DNA from: an uncultured Actinomycetes bacterium | GTDB lineage: Bacteria > Actinomycetota > Thermoleophilia > Gaiellales > Gaiellaceae | Direction: 5' to 3' | Assembly (NCBI GenBank): GCA_963848665.1 | Contig: CAWKEF010000008.1 | Location: 165,184 to 229,183 of the forward strand | Length of the DNA stretch: 64,000 bases | Shown: positions 20,680 to 29,561 of the stretch, piece by piece | Layout of the letters: every line of letters begins with the position of its first letter | Numbering within the stretch: position 1 is the first letter of the stretch | Notes under the pieces: model-generated | Seen by the model: only the letters and a program-made list of their open reading frames with translations | Databases searched by the model: none | Told to the model about the DNA's origin: nothing | Translations under genes and position numbers: made by a program

Positions 20680-22014
20680 GTGTTGACACTCGACGAGCTG
20701 CGCGCCGACGTCGAGACAGGCGCCGTCGATACGGTCATCGCCGCGTTCACCGACATGCAGGGGCGGCTGATGGGCAAGCGCCTCGACGCCGAGTTCTTTC
20801 TCGACGAGCTCGACGCGGGCGCGACGGTCGAGGGTTGCAACTACCTGCTCGCCCTCGAGATGGAGATGGATCCGGTGCCTGGCTACGCGCTCGCGAGCTG
20901 GGAGCGGGGCTACGGCGACTTCGGCCTGCAGCCGGACCTCGAGACGCTGCGGCGGATTCCCTGGCACGAGGCCACGGCGCTCGTCCTCTGCGACGTGCAC
21001 TGGCACGACGGCTCGCCCGTCGCTCCATCGCCGCGCCAGGTCTTGAAGGCGCAGCTCGAGCGGGCGAAGGAGCGGGGCTTCGACGTCGCCTTCGGCTCCG
21101 AGCTCGAGTTCTTCCTCTTCCGGGAGAGCTACGAGCAGGCACACGCCCAGCACTACCGCGACCTCACCCCCTCGGTGCCCTACATCCTCGACTACCACAT
21201 CCTCGGAGCGGGCTACGACGAGCCGTTCATGCGCGCGATCCGGACGGCGATGAAAGCGGCGGGCATGAAGGTCGAATCGTCGAAGGGCGAGGCGTGGCCG
21301 GGCCAGCACGAGATCAACTTCCGCTACGCCCTCGGGGCGAAGGCCGCCGACGACCACGTCATCTACAAGACCGGTGCGAAAGAGCTTGCGCACCAGTGCG
21401 GGATGTCGCTCACCTTCATGGCGAAGCCCGACCACGCCTGGGTCGGCTCGTCGTGTCACATCCACTCGTCGCTCTGGCGCGACGGCGAGTCGGCGTTCGC
21501 CGGCGAGACGGATGTCTTCAAGCACTACCTCGCCGGCCAGATCGCGCTCGCGTCCGAGCTTGCGATCTTCTTCGCGCCCACGATCAACTCGTACAAGCGC
21601 TTCGCCGCAGGGAGCTGGGCGCCGACCACGCTCGCGTGGGGATACGACAACCGGACGTGCGGCTTTCGAATCGTCGGCCACGGCAAGGCGTTGCGGGCCG
21701 AGACGCGCATCCCCGGCGCAGACGCGAACCCGTACCTCGCGTTCGCGGCGCTGCTCGCCGCCGGGCTCCACGGCATCGAGGAGCAGCTCGAGCTCGGGCC
21801 CCCTTTCGAGGGCAATGCCTATGAGTCCGACGTCGAGCGCTTCCCGCACTCGTTGCGCGACGCGATCGAGCGGCTCGAGGGCGGCACCGTCGCGCGGCGC
21901 GTGCTCGGCGACGAGGTCGTCGATCACTATCTGAACTACGCGCGTACCGAGCAGCGCCTCTTCGACGATACGGTGACGTGTTACGAGCGGGAGCGGATGT
22001 TCGAACGTGGCTAG
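20680..22014 (+). CDS. glutamine synthetase family protein (gamma-glutamyl-amine synthetase, PuuA/GlnA3/GlnA4-like)
   Basis: It carries GS catalytic-domain motifs (KPDHAWVGSSCHIHSSLW, NSYKRF, R.E.R.PGADANPYL). The gene context is permease, amidohydrolase and ALDH. Confidence 0.9.
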   Translation: MLTLDELRADVETGAVDTVIAAFTDMQGRLMGKRLDAEFFLDELDAGATVEGCNYLLALEMEMDPVPGYALASWERGYGDFGLQPDLETLRRIPWHEATALVLCDVHWHDGSPVAPSPRQVLKAQLERAKERGFDVAFGSELEFFLFRESYEQAHAQHYRDLTPSVPYILDYHILGAGYDEPFMRAIRTAMKAAGMKVESSKGEAWPGQHEINFRYALGAKAADDHVIYKTGAKELAHQCGMSLTFMAKPDHAWVGSSCHIHSSLWRDGESAFAGETDVFKHYLAGQIALASELAIFFAPTINSYKRFAAGSWAPTTLAWGYDNRTCGFRIVGHGKALRAETRIPGADANPYLAFAALLAAGLHGIEEQLELGPPFEGNAYESDVERFPHSLRDAIERLEGGTVARRVLGDEVVDHYLNYARTEQRLFDDTVTCYERERMFERG

Positions 22015-22789
22015 GCCGGTCGTCGGCATAACGACGTACGTCGAGGAGGCGTCCTGGGGACACTGGACGCTCCCCGCGGCGCTGATCCCCTACGACTACG
22101 TGAGCGCGGTCGAGCGCGCGGGTGCGCGGGCCCTTCTCGTCCCGCCGAGCGCCGACGGCGTCGAGGAGACGCTCGACGTGCTCGACGGCATCCTCTTCTC
22201 CGGCGGCAACGACCTCGATCCGGAGTCGTACGGCGCGACCGCGCATCCGGAGACGACGGCCACGCGGCCGGAGCGCGACCGCGGGGAGCTCGCCCTGCTC
22301 GAAGGGGCGCTTGCACGCGACATGCCGGTCCTCGCAGTCTGCCGCGGGTTCCAGGTTCTGAACGTGGCGCGCGGGGGCGACCTCGTGCAGCACCTGCCCG
22401 AGGTCGTCGGCAATGAGCAGCACCGCGAGGTGAAAGGCGCGTTCTCCGATCACGGCGTGAAGGTCGACGAAGGCTCCCGGCTCGGCTCGGTGCTCGGCGA
22501 CCACGCGCCCGTCAAGTCGCACCATCACCAGGGAGTGGGCCGGGTCGGCGAGGGCCTGGTCGAGGTCGCGTGGGCCGACGACGGAACCGTCGAGGGTCTC
22601 GAGGACCCGGAACGGCGGTTCGCCGTCGGCGTGCTCTGGCATCCGGAGGCGGGCGACGACCAGAAGCTCTTCGAAGCACTCGTCGCGGAAGCTCGCGCCT
22701 ACCGGGAGGAGCGGGGCAGCGGGCGTAGGCTCGACGGAGCCCGCCAAGGAGCGGAGGCGCCGGCTCCGCCGGCGTCGGAGCGGGGATGA
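22007..22789 (+). CDS. gamma-glutamyl-gamma-aminobutyrate hydrolase family protein (class I glutamine amidotransferase-like, PuuD-like)
   Basis: VCRGFQVLN nucleophile elbow, HHQGV, and WHPE near the C-terminus. It overlaps the upstream gene. Confidence 0.9.
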   Translation: MARPVVGITTYVEEASWGHWTLPAALIPYDYVSAVERAGARALLVPPSADGVEETLDVLDGILFSGGNDLDPESYGATAHPETTATRPERDRGELALLEGALARDMPVLAVCRGFQVLNVARGGDLVQHLPEVVGNEQHREVKGAFSDHGVKVDEGSRLGSVLGDHAPVKSHHHQGVGRVGEGLVEVAWADDGTVEGLEDPERRFAVGVLWHPEAGDDQKLFEALVAEARAYREERGSGRRLDGARQGAEAPAPPASERG

Positions 22790-24132
22790 GCACCGTGCTC
22801 AACCCGGCGACCGAGGAGTCGCTCGCCGAGCTCGAGCCGGCCGGCATCGAAGAGACCGACGCCGCCGTGGCGCGGGCGAAGGCCGCGTACCCGGAGTGGC
22901 GCGCAGTGGCGCCGGCCGACCGCGCGCGGCTGCTTCGCCGGCTCGCGACGCTCGTCGAGGACCACCACGAGGAGCTCTCGCGGATCGAGTCGCGGAACGT
23001 CGGCAAGCCGATCAGCGGCGCACGCGGCGAGGTCGGCATGGTCGCCCAGGTCTTCCACTTCTACGCCGGGGCGGTCGACAAGTTCTACGGCGAGACGATC
23101 CCCGTAGCGGGCGGCATCGACATGACCTTCCGCGAGCCGCTCGGCGTCGTCGGGCTGATCACGCCGTGGAACTTCCCGCTGAACATCGCTTCGTGGAAGC
23201 TCGGCCCAGCGCTCGCCTGCGGCAACACCGTCGTGCTCAAGCCGGCCGAGCTGACCCCGCTCTCCTCCATGCGCCTCGGGGAGCTCGCACTCGAGGCCGG
23301 CATTCCCGAAGGGGTCGTGAACATCGTCGTCGGCAAGGGCTCGGTGGTCGGGCAGCGGCTGATCGAGCATCCCGACCTCGCCAAGATCGGCTTCACGGGC
23401 TCGACCGAGGTGGGGCAGCTCGTGATGCAGGGCGCGGCGAGCACCATCAAGCGCGTGACGCTCGAGCTCGGCGGAAAGTCCGCGAACATCGTCTTCGCAG
23501 ATGCGAATCTCGAGCAGGCGGCGGTCGCTGCGCCGTACGCGGTCTTCGACAACGCGGGGCAGGACTGCTGTGCCCGCTCCCGCATCCTGGTCGAGCAGAG
23601 CGCGTACGACCGCTTCGCGGAGCTCCTCGTCGAGGCGACGCGCCGGCTCAAGGTCGGCGATCCCGAGGACGAGGCGACGGAGATGGGGCCGCTGATCTCC
23701 GCGCAGCACCGCGAGACGGTCGCGAGCTTCGTCGAGGGCGAGCCGCTCTTCCGGGGCGACACGCCGGACGGCAAGGGCTTCTGGTACCCCGCGACGCTCG
23801 TCGAGGCTCGCCCGGGCGACCGGATCGCGCGCGAGGAGGTCTTCGGACCGGTCGCCGCGCTGATCCCGTTCGCCGACGAGGCGGAGGCGGTGCGCATCGC
23901 GAACGACTCCGACTATGGGCTCTCCGGCTCGATCTGGACGCGCGACGGCGGGCGGGCACTCCGCGTCGCCCGCGCGGTCGAGACCGGCGTGCTCTCGATC
24001 AACTCGAACTCCTCGGTGCGGCCGTCGACGCCCTTCGGCGGCTTCAAGCGGAGCGGTTTCGGGCGCGAGCTCGGCATGCACGCACTCGAGGGGTACAGCG
24101 AGGTGAAGAACGTGTTCTACTCCACCTCCTGA
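22786..24132 (+). CDS. NAD(P)-dependent aldehyde dehydrogenase
   Basis: Motifs FTGSTEVG, ELGGKS, catalytic-Cys region GQDCCA, and PFGGFK.SG.GRE. Confidence 0.9.
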   Translation: MSTVLNPATEESLAELEPAGIEETDAAVARAKAAYPEWRAVAPADRARLLRRLATLVEDHHEELSRIESRNVGKPISGARGEVGMVAQVFHFYAGAVDKFYGETIPVAGGIDMTFREPLGVVGLITPWNFPLNIASWKLGPALACGNTVVLKPAELTPLSSMRLGELALEAGIPEGVVNIVVGKGSVVGQRLIEHPDLAKIGFTGSTEVGQLVMQGAASTIKRVTLELGGKSANIVFADANLEQAAVAAPYAVFDNAGQDCCARSRILVEQSAYDRFAELLVEATRRLKVGDPEDEATEMGPLISAQHRETVASFVEGEPLFRGDTPDGKGFWYPATLVEARPGDRIAREEVFGPVAALIPFADEAEAVRIANDSDYGLSGSIWTRDGGRALRVARAVETGVLSINSNSSVRPSTPFGGFKRSGFGRELGMHALEGYSEVKNVFYSTS

Positions 24133-24896
24133 TGGGACGGCTCGACGGCAAGGTGTGCGTGATCACCGGCGCGGGCGGCGGCATGGGCGCCGACGCGGCG
24201 GAAGTCTTCGTCAGCGAAGGCGCGAAGGTATGCGTCGCCGACGTGAACGGCGACGCCGCAGCGAAGGTTGCCGATGCCGTCGGCGGCTTCGCCGTGCAGG
24301 TCGACGTGGCCGACGAGGCGTCGGTGCGGGCGATGTACGAGGCCGCGGCGGCCGAGCTCGGCGGGATCGACGTGCTCTACAACAACGCCGGCATCTCGCC
24401 CGCGGACGACGACTCGATCCTCGAGACCGGACTGGACGCGTGGGAGCGCGTGCAAGCCGTGAACACGCGCGGCGTCTTCCTCTGCTGCAAGCACGGAATC
24501 CCGTACCTGCTCGAACGCGGCGGCGGCTCGGTGATCAACGTCGCCTCGTTCGTCGCGCTCGTCGGCGCGGCGACGTCGCAGATCTCGTACACGGCGTCGA
24601 AGGGTGCCGTCCTCGCCCTGAGCAAGGAGCTGGGCGTGCAGTTCGCACGGCAGGGGGTCCGCGTGAACGCACTCTGCCCGGGCCCGGTCGAGACGCCGCT
24701 CCTCCTCCGGATCTGGAGCGAGACGCCCGGGGCTGCCGAGCGCCGGCTCGTGCACGTGCCGATGGGGCGGATGGCGAAGCCACGGGAGATCGTGAACGCG
24801 GCGCTCTTTCTCGCGAGCGACGAGTCGTCCTACGTGAACGCGGCGACGTTCGTCGTGGACGGCGGCCTGACCGCCGCCTACGTCACGCCTGAGTGA
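24132..24896 (+). CDS. short-chain dehydrogenase/reductase (SDR)
   Basis: The ATG overlaps the ALDH stop (TGATG). Motifs TGAGGGMG, NNAG and YTASKGAV (YxxxK). Confidence 0.9.
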   Translation: MGRLDGKVCVITGAGGGMGADAAEVFVSEGAKVCVADVNGDAAAKVADAVGGFAVQVDVADEASVRAMYEAAAAELGGIDVLYNNAGISPADDDSILETGLDAWERVQAVNTRGVFLCCKHGIPYLLERGGGSVINVASFVALVGAATSQISYTASKGAVLALSKELGVQFARQGVRVNALCPGPVETPLLLRIWSETPGAAERRLVHVPMGRMAKPREIVNAALFLASDESSYVNAATFVVDGGLTAAYVTPE

Positions 24897-24933
24897 GCTG
24901 CAGCTTTTCGGCGCTTCTGCCGATACGTGGGCC

Positions 24934-25329
24934 ATGTCCAAGGTGCTCGCACTCGGCGGCGGGGCGCTCGTCGGCATCGCCTGCTTCCTCCCGCTCCTCT
25001 CGCTGACCGTCACGTTCGGCGCCCTGTCGAGCTCGGGCAACGTGCACGCGACCGATCTCACGGCCGGCAAGGTCGCACTCGTGCTCGCGATCGGCTCGCT
25101 CCTCCTCGCGGTGATCGACATCCGCGGCGGCGACGGGTCGCTCCGCCGTCCCGCCGCCGCGTGCGCGCTCGTCGCTGCGGCGATCGTCGTCTACAAGAGC
25201 TGGACGCTCACGTCGAAGATCAACGGCGCGGGGGTGAGCTTCGCGCACGTCTCGATGGGGATGGGCATGTGGGTTGCGCTCGTCGGCGGCGGGATCGCCG
25301 TCGCAAGCGACTTCGTCGGCCGCGAGTAG
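24934..25329 (+). CDS. membrane protein of unknown function (4 predicted TM segments)
   Basis: Intact 131-aa hydrophobic ORF with GC3-rich codon usage. Confidence 0.55.
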   Translation: MSKVLALGGGALVGIACFLPLLSLTVTFGALSSSGNVHATDLTAGKVALVLAIGSLLLAVIDIRGGDGSLRRPAAACALVAAAIVVYKSWTLTSKINGAGVSFAHVSMGMGMWVALVGGGIAVASDFVGRE

Positions 25330-25377
25330 CCGATCGAGCGGGCCGCGCCGCCCGATCGCCACCCTTCTGCTCTGTTC

Positions 25378-25737
25378 CTAGGTCTTGCGGATCGTGAAGA
25401 CGCCTTTCTTCACCGTCGAGTGTGCGGCGACGCACGCGTACGGGTACGCGCCCGGCTTGCCGAAGTCCGCGACGAGCGTGGACTCCTGATGCGCCTTGAC
25501 GAGTCCCGACTTGAACCTCGTCGAGACGTCGAAGCCGTGCGACACGCTGCCGTTGTTGATGATGTGGAACACGATCCTCGTGTTCCGGTGGCTCACCGAC
25601 GTGTAGCCGAGCACGCAGCTGCTGTTCGTGATCGTCACGCTGACATTGAGCGACAGGGCGGGACGGGCGAACGCTGGGGCGGCCAGGAGCGCGGCGGCAG
25701 CGATGATGAGCGCGGCCACCGTTGCGTGGATACGCAT
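25378..25737 (-). CDS. secreted cupredoxin-like small protein
   Basis: Signal peptide MRIHATVAALIIAAAALLAAPAFA. The beta-rich body has H..D...and YPYAC..H resembling blue-copper ligand spacing; the Met ligand is not evident. Confidence 0.5.
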   Translation of the reverse strand: MRIHATVAALIIAAAALLAAPAFARPALSLNVSVTITNSSCVLGYTSVSHRNTRIVFHIINNGSVSHGFDVSTRFKSGLVKAHQESTLVADFGKPGAYPYACVAAHSTVKKGVFTIRKT

Positions 25738-25801
25738 GAAACTCCTCCCAGAGTGGGTGTTCTTGGACCTACCCCGGGTTCATGCCCGCGCGGAGGCGTT
25801 C

Positions 25802-26257
25802 CTACTCGTTGCCGACGACCTGGACGAGCCAGCGGCGGTCGCGCTCGCGGTCCAGCTCGATGAAGAGAACGCGCTGCCAGGTGCCGAGCTGGAGCTCGCC
25901 CTCGCGGACCGGCACCGATTCGCCGGCGGTGCCGAGCAGCATCGCCATGCAGTGCGAATGTCCGTTTCCCTGCTCCATGTCCTCGGGGCAGATGTTCTCG
26001 GTGCGGCGATCGAAGTCGTCGTGCGCGTAGTAGCTCTCGCTGGGCACCAGGCGGCGCAGCAGTTCGGCGAAGTCGTCGAGGAACCCGGCCTCGAACTCGT
26101 TCACGCGGACGCAGCACGTCGTGTGCGGCGAATAGACGCATGCGATTCCGTCCTGGATGCCGCTCTCGCGCACCGCGTTCTGCACGCTCTCCGTGATGTC
26201 GGTGACCGTCAGACCGCCCGAGGTACGGAGCTTCGTCTCGCGCTGGAAGACCTTCAC
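25802..26257 (-). CDS. YjbQ/UPF0047 family protein (secondary thiamine-phosphate synthase-like)
   Basis: Intact 151-aa ORF. TDIT..V...V..SGI.DG...V...HTT....NE.E and H..AMLLG are characteristic of UPF0047. Confidence 0.8.
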   Translation of the reverse strand: MKVFQRETKLRTSGGLTVTDITESVQNAVRESGIQDGIACVYSPHTTCCVRVNEFEAGFLDDFAELLRRLVPSESYYAHDDFDRRTENICPEDMEQGNGHSHCMAMLLGTAGESVPVREGELQLGTWQRVLFIELDRERDRRWLVQVVGNE

Positions 26258-26341
26258 AGCGGCATTCTGCTCGATCGAACCCGCCGACCGGCCCGAGAAC
26301 CGCGTAGCTCAGGAGAATCTGCAGGCCGTTACGCTCCCGGC

Positions 26342-26415
<74 letters not shown>

Positions 26416-26566
26416 TTTGACACCGCACGGCTAGACAAAAACCGCATGGTTGAGCGCAACGGGTGTGACATGAATGCCGCGTTTGCGCACTGCGTGCCCC
26501 CACCGGTGCCCCCACGGAAAAGCCATGCCCTCGCGCCGGGCACAGCTGAGGTCAGGCTCGCCCGAG

Positions 26567-26586
26567 CTAGAGGCTTGATGTGAAAC
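26567..26586. repeat. left arm of a 20-bp perfect inverted repeat (ctagaggcttgatgtgaaac)
   Basis: The exact reverse complement is at 26856-26875, 269 bp away. Confidence 0.85.
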
Positions 26587-26603
26587 TCCCCCAGGGTTAG
26601 ATT
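26575..26603 (+). promoter_or_regulatory. sigma-70-like promoter TTGATG-N17-TAGATT inside the inverted-repeat-bounded segment
   Basis: The hexamers and 17-nt spacer were read directly. GTG 26613 (a 64-codon ORF) lies 9 nt downstream of the -10. Confidence 0.35.
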
Positions 26604-26855
26604 CGCTTTGTTGTGACTCTGCGTGATCGGCTTCGCAGGTGGTGGAATCCCGCCCAGTGGGAAGACGATCATCCAACCGAGCGCAAACACCGAGCACAGC
26701 CCAACAAGAGGGCCGACGCGGAGCACAATCCCGTCACCGATCCAGCCACCTGGCTCGTTCGACAGGCCCGAGATCGCACGGACGGCGCCCTCAAGAAGCC
26801 GCGCTAGACCACTCCAAGTCGCTGGACTGACGTCGACGGCAATGATGCCGCCTGC

Positions 26856-26875
26856 GTTTCACATCAAGCCTCTAG
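26856..26875. repeat. right arm of the 20-bp inverted repeat (gtttcacatcaagcctctag); contains the integrase stop codon
   Basis: Reverse complement of 26567-26586. Confidence 0.85.
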
Positions 26876-27939
26876 TGCGCTGCGAGCTCGCCGACGAGCG
26901 TCGAGTGATCGAGCTCGCGATCGTCGAGCAGCACGTGCGTGTAGGTATCGGCGGTTACCGAAAGCGATCGCTGACCGACGCGTGAGCCGATCAGCGCCCA
27001 GGTCTCGCCCTGGCGGTGCCAGAGGCTGATTCGACGATGTCGGAGGTCGTGGGGCGACCAGGTTGGCGTACCCGACGCCTTGCATGCGCGTGCGATCGCC
27101 GTTCGCAGCCGCTCCTGGGTAACCCCTGGGAAGACAGGCCGATCGGCTTGACGGTCCTCGCGCGGTGGCAGCGTCGCGACGACAGCGGCGAAGAGGTCAG
27201 GCGGCAGAGAAACCCAGCGGCCGCGGCGACCCTTTTCGACTGCTCGGCGGATGCGCCAGCGAGTGTTCGGTTCGTCCAGGTCGCCGCAGTGCAGCCCTCG
27301 CTCATCGATCTCGCCTACGCGCATCCCGGTCGCGTCGAGTACGAGCACGGCGAGTGCGTACCGGCGCGGCATGAGCGGCAGGACGGCTTCGATGTGTCCG
27401 GCGGACGGCGGGGTCGGCTCTTCGCGCTCCTCGCGCGGTAGCCGCACGTGCACCCGGTCGCGAGCCGGATTGTCCGTCACGCCGGCGAAGTCGAGCACCT
27501 GCGCCAGCGCCGTCACGCTCTTGCGGATCGTCTCCCGCCTGCGACCATCTGCGTGCAGGGCGGCCACGAGCGCCGCGACGTCTGCGGCGGTGATTTCGTT
27601 GACGCGGTACGAGCCGAGCAGTGGCATGACGCGTGCAAGCTGAACGCGGTGGCCGACTGCCGTTACATCCGTGACGTCGACGCGAGAGGCGCGCCAGCGC
27701 TCGGCCACATCGGCGAGCGTCGGCGCGGCGGGTGGCATGGCTTCTAGCCGACGAGTCTCCGGGACGCGCATCGCGGCCAGCTCGCCCGCGACCCAGCCGC
27801 GCCGAGCGATTGCCTCCCGCCTCGTCGAGAACGAGCCTGCGTAGCGGTGAGTGCTCTCCCGGCCTCCGAGCCGATACTTGACCAGGTAGCGAGCGTTTCC
27901 GTCGGCGGTTTCGCGCCGTTCGACCCAGGCACTAGGCAT
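26872..27939 (-). CDS. tyrosine-type site-specific recombinase (phage integrase family)
   Basis: The C-terminal catalytic region has HDLRHRRIS and TYTHV (catalytic Tyr). The N-terminal SAM-like domain reads RYLVKYRLGG. ATG 27939 overlaps the upstream xis-like stop (ATGCCTAG). Confidence 0.85.
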   Translation of the reverse strand: MPSAWVERRETADGNARYLVKYRLGGRESTHRYAGSFSTRREAIARRGWVAGELAAMRVPETRRLEAMPPAAPTLADVAERWRASRVDVTDVTAVGHRVQLARVMPLLGSYRVNEITAADVAALVAALHADGRRRETIRKSVTALAQVLDFAGVTDNPARDRVHVRLPREEREEPTPPSAGHIEAVLPLMPRRYALAVLVLDATGMRVGEIDERGLHCGDLDEPNTRWRIRRAVEKGRRGRWVSLPPDLFAAVVATLPPREDRQADRPVFPGVTQERLRTAIARACKASGTPTWSPHDLRHRRISLWHRQGETWALIGSRVGQRSLSVTADTYTHVLLDDRELDHSTLVGELAAH

Positions 27940-28117
27940 GACGCGGCCGGACGCGGTCATCGCGGTAGGTGTACGCGGCGACCAGCTCGTGGTATTCCTC
28001 CGCACGGATCATCGGTCGCGAATAACCGGGTAGCGCAACGACCGGCAAGGTGCGGAACACGGCGTCGATCGCGCGCCGCTCCAAACCGAGCTGGCGCAGA
28101 TGCGAGCGGGTCAGCAA
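27932..28117 (-). CDS. excisionase/HTH-like small DNA-binding protein (start uncertain, TTG 28117 proposed)
   Basis: The C-terminal 60 aa of ORF 27932-28273 (LLTRSHLRQLGLERRAIDAVFRTLPVVALPGYSRPMIRAEEYHELV) fit the excisionase HTH pattern. It overlaps the int start by 8 nt. Confidence 0.45.
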   Translation of the reverse strand: MLTRSHLRQLGLERRAIDAVFRTLPVVALPGYSRPMIRAEEYHELVAAYTYRDDRVRPRHA

Positions 28118-28319
28118 TGCGCCCCGGCGTCTCGAGCAGGTCAGCGGCCGAAGGTCGATGCGTGCCCTCGGTCGAGTGTCGCGGCCGACTCTCAGGGCGG
28201 GGGCGGGCTTCCGGCGGCTCCGAGCGGGGCGCCTCGAGCTGTAGCTGCTCCCGCGGAATACGGCGCATCGCATGAATGTAGCATATCCGTCTCAGTGGCG
28301 TCTTACACCCCATCGAGGG

Positions 28320-28325
28320 TAGAAT
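28320..28325 (+). promoter_or_regulatory. -10 hexamer TAGAAT, 6 nt upstream of GTG 28332
   Basis: Read directly; there is no SD. Confidence 0.45.
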
Positions 28326-28331
28326 GGCAGC

Positions 28332-28621
28332 GTGACGAGCGGGACGCTGATCCGGGAAGCGCGCCTGCGGGCCGGCCTCTCGCAGGTGGAGTTGTCGGAG
28401 CGAAGCGGCAAGGACCGGGCGCAGATCGCCCGCTGGGAGCGCGATGTCGTGCAGCCGAGCTTCGAGACGCTGCGCGAGCTGGTGCGCGCTGCGGCTTTGA
28501 CCTCGAGACCTCGCTGGTGCCATACGAGGCGGATAGCCGCCATGATGCGCGCTTGCAGAAGGCGCTGCAGCGGACGCCGCAGGAGCGGCTGCAGGCGATG
28601 CTCAAGGCACGCGGCCGCTGA
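28332..28621 (+). pseudogene. XRE-family (Cro/CI-type) HTH protein, one frameshift near 28.49 kb
   Basis: LIREARLRAGLSQVELSERSGKDRAQIARWERD is a classic XRE HTH. The C-terminus continues in the frame of ORF 28100-28621 (...GFDLETSLVPYEADSRHDARLQKALQRTPQERLQAML). Confidence 0.7.
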
Positions 28622-29127
28622 TGGCCGAGCGCTTTGATCCGATTGCGGCGTTGAAGGCGCTTGATCGTCAGCGGGTGGCCTATGTCGTTGTCGGCGGGCT
28701 CGGCCGGGTTATCCACGGCAGCGATGAGCTGACGGACGGCCTGGACATCGTGCCTTCGCTGCGTGAGGAGAACCTGGGCCGGCTGGGGTTGGCGCTCGAG
28801 GATCTGAACGCGCGCCGTTCGGATGGGAAGCGGCTGGCGTTTGAGCGCGATCTCGACCAGTTGCCGGTGCTCGAGCTCGAGACCGACGCGGGCGAGGTGA
28901 AGCTCGTGCCGGAGCCGGCCGGCACGGGCGGCTACGACGACCTGCGCCGGGCGGCGCGGCGCGAGCCGCTAGGCCAGGGCGTCCGCCCCCAGGTCGCCTC
29001 GCTGGGCGACCAGGCACGGATGCTCGCGGCCCTCGACCGCGAACAGGACCTCCAAGCGCTGCGGACGCTCCGCCGTCTGATCGAACTCGAGCAAAGCATC
29101 AGCCGTGGCATCGAGCTCGGTCTCTGA
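28621..29127 (+). CDS. nucleotidyltransferase-fold-like protein (possible toxin/effector partner of the XRE protein)
   Basis: The ATG overlaps the upstream stop (TGATG). YVVVGGLGRVIHGSDELTDGLDIV resembles the G(G/S)-x(9-13)-D.D signature of minimal nucleotidyltransferases. Confidence 0.5.
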   Translation: MAERFDPIAALKALDRQRVAYVVVGGLGRVIHGSDELTDGLDIVPSLREENLGRLGLALEDLNARRSDGKRLAFERDLDQLPVLELETDAGEVKLVPEPAGTGGYDDLRRAARREPLGQGVRPQVASLGDQARMLAALDREQDLQALRTLRRLIELEQSISRGIELGL

Positions 29128-29549
29128 GCCGTCAAGCCGCGCCCACCAAGCTCCGGCCGTACAGCAACTACCCACCGGAATAGCCAGCGAGACGCAGATG
29201 CATCCTTCGATGCTTTGCTCACTCGAGGCGCCCTCGGACACGATCGGGACGACCCCTCATGATCGGGCAAATCGTTTCGATCGGACAGCCACGCGAGCAG
29301 TCCGCGGTCGGCTTGTGGCGAATCAGCACAAAGAGTGCATCTGTGTCTCGCTTGTCTTCTCGGACGAGTAGAACGTTTCTTACTGGACCTCGACGCGGTC
29401 GATGTGGCAGCCGATGTCATTCCCCCCTCGCACCGCTTCGCTTTTCTGCTCGGGGGAGAGATGCGGGGCACAGCGTGAATGGGCGGGCTGAGGCTGGCCG
29501 CGCCCGCGCTGGTCGGGCGCGGCTCGGGCAGGACTCCCCATTGTCTGAC

Positions 29550-29555
29550 TAGAAT
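29550..29555 (+). promoter_or_regulatory. -10 hexamer TAGAAT, 6 nt upstream of ATG 29562
   Basis: Read directly; there is no SD. Confidence 0.45.
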
Positions 29556-29561
29556 CAGAGA

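Larger units (their letters stand above)
26416..29550. mobile_element. tRNA-adjacent integrative element remnant (int, xis-like, XRE-HTH, nucleotidyltransferase-like)
   Basis: A tyrosine recombinase gene starts about 450 bp downstream of the tRNA 3' end. The flanks (26.42-26.87 and 29.13-29.56 kb) are less GC-rich and non-coding. The right boundary is not defined because no att direct repeat was found. Confidence 0.45.

Noticed and set aside
25378-25737. Confident call of a blue-copper protein
   Set aside because: The His/Cys/His spacing is suggestive, but the axial Met is not evident, so I only call a cupredoxin-like fold at moderate confidence.
29128-29561. attR copy of the tRNA 3' end, or coding genes, in the 430-bp gap after the nucleotidyltransferase-like gene
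   Set aside because: I found no convincing repeat of the tRNA 3' segment by eye, only weak similarity (tgggcgggc). The two short ORFs there (29105-29371, 29259-29552) have no coding features. The island boundary is left undefined.
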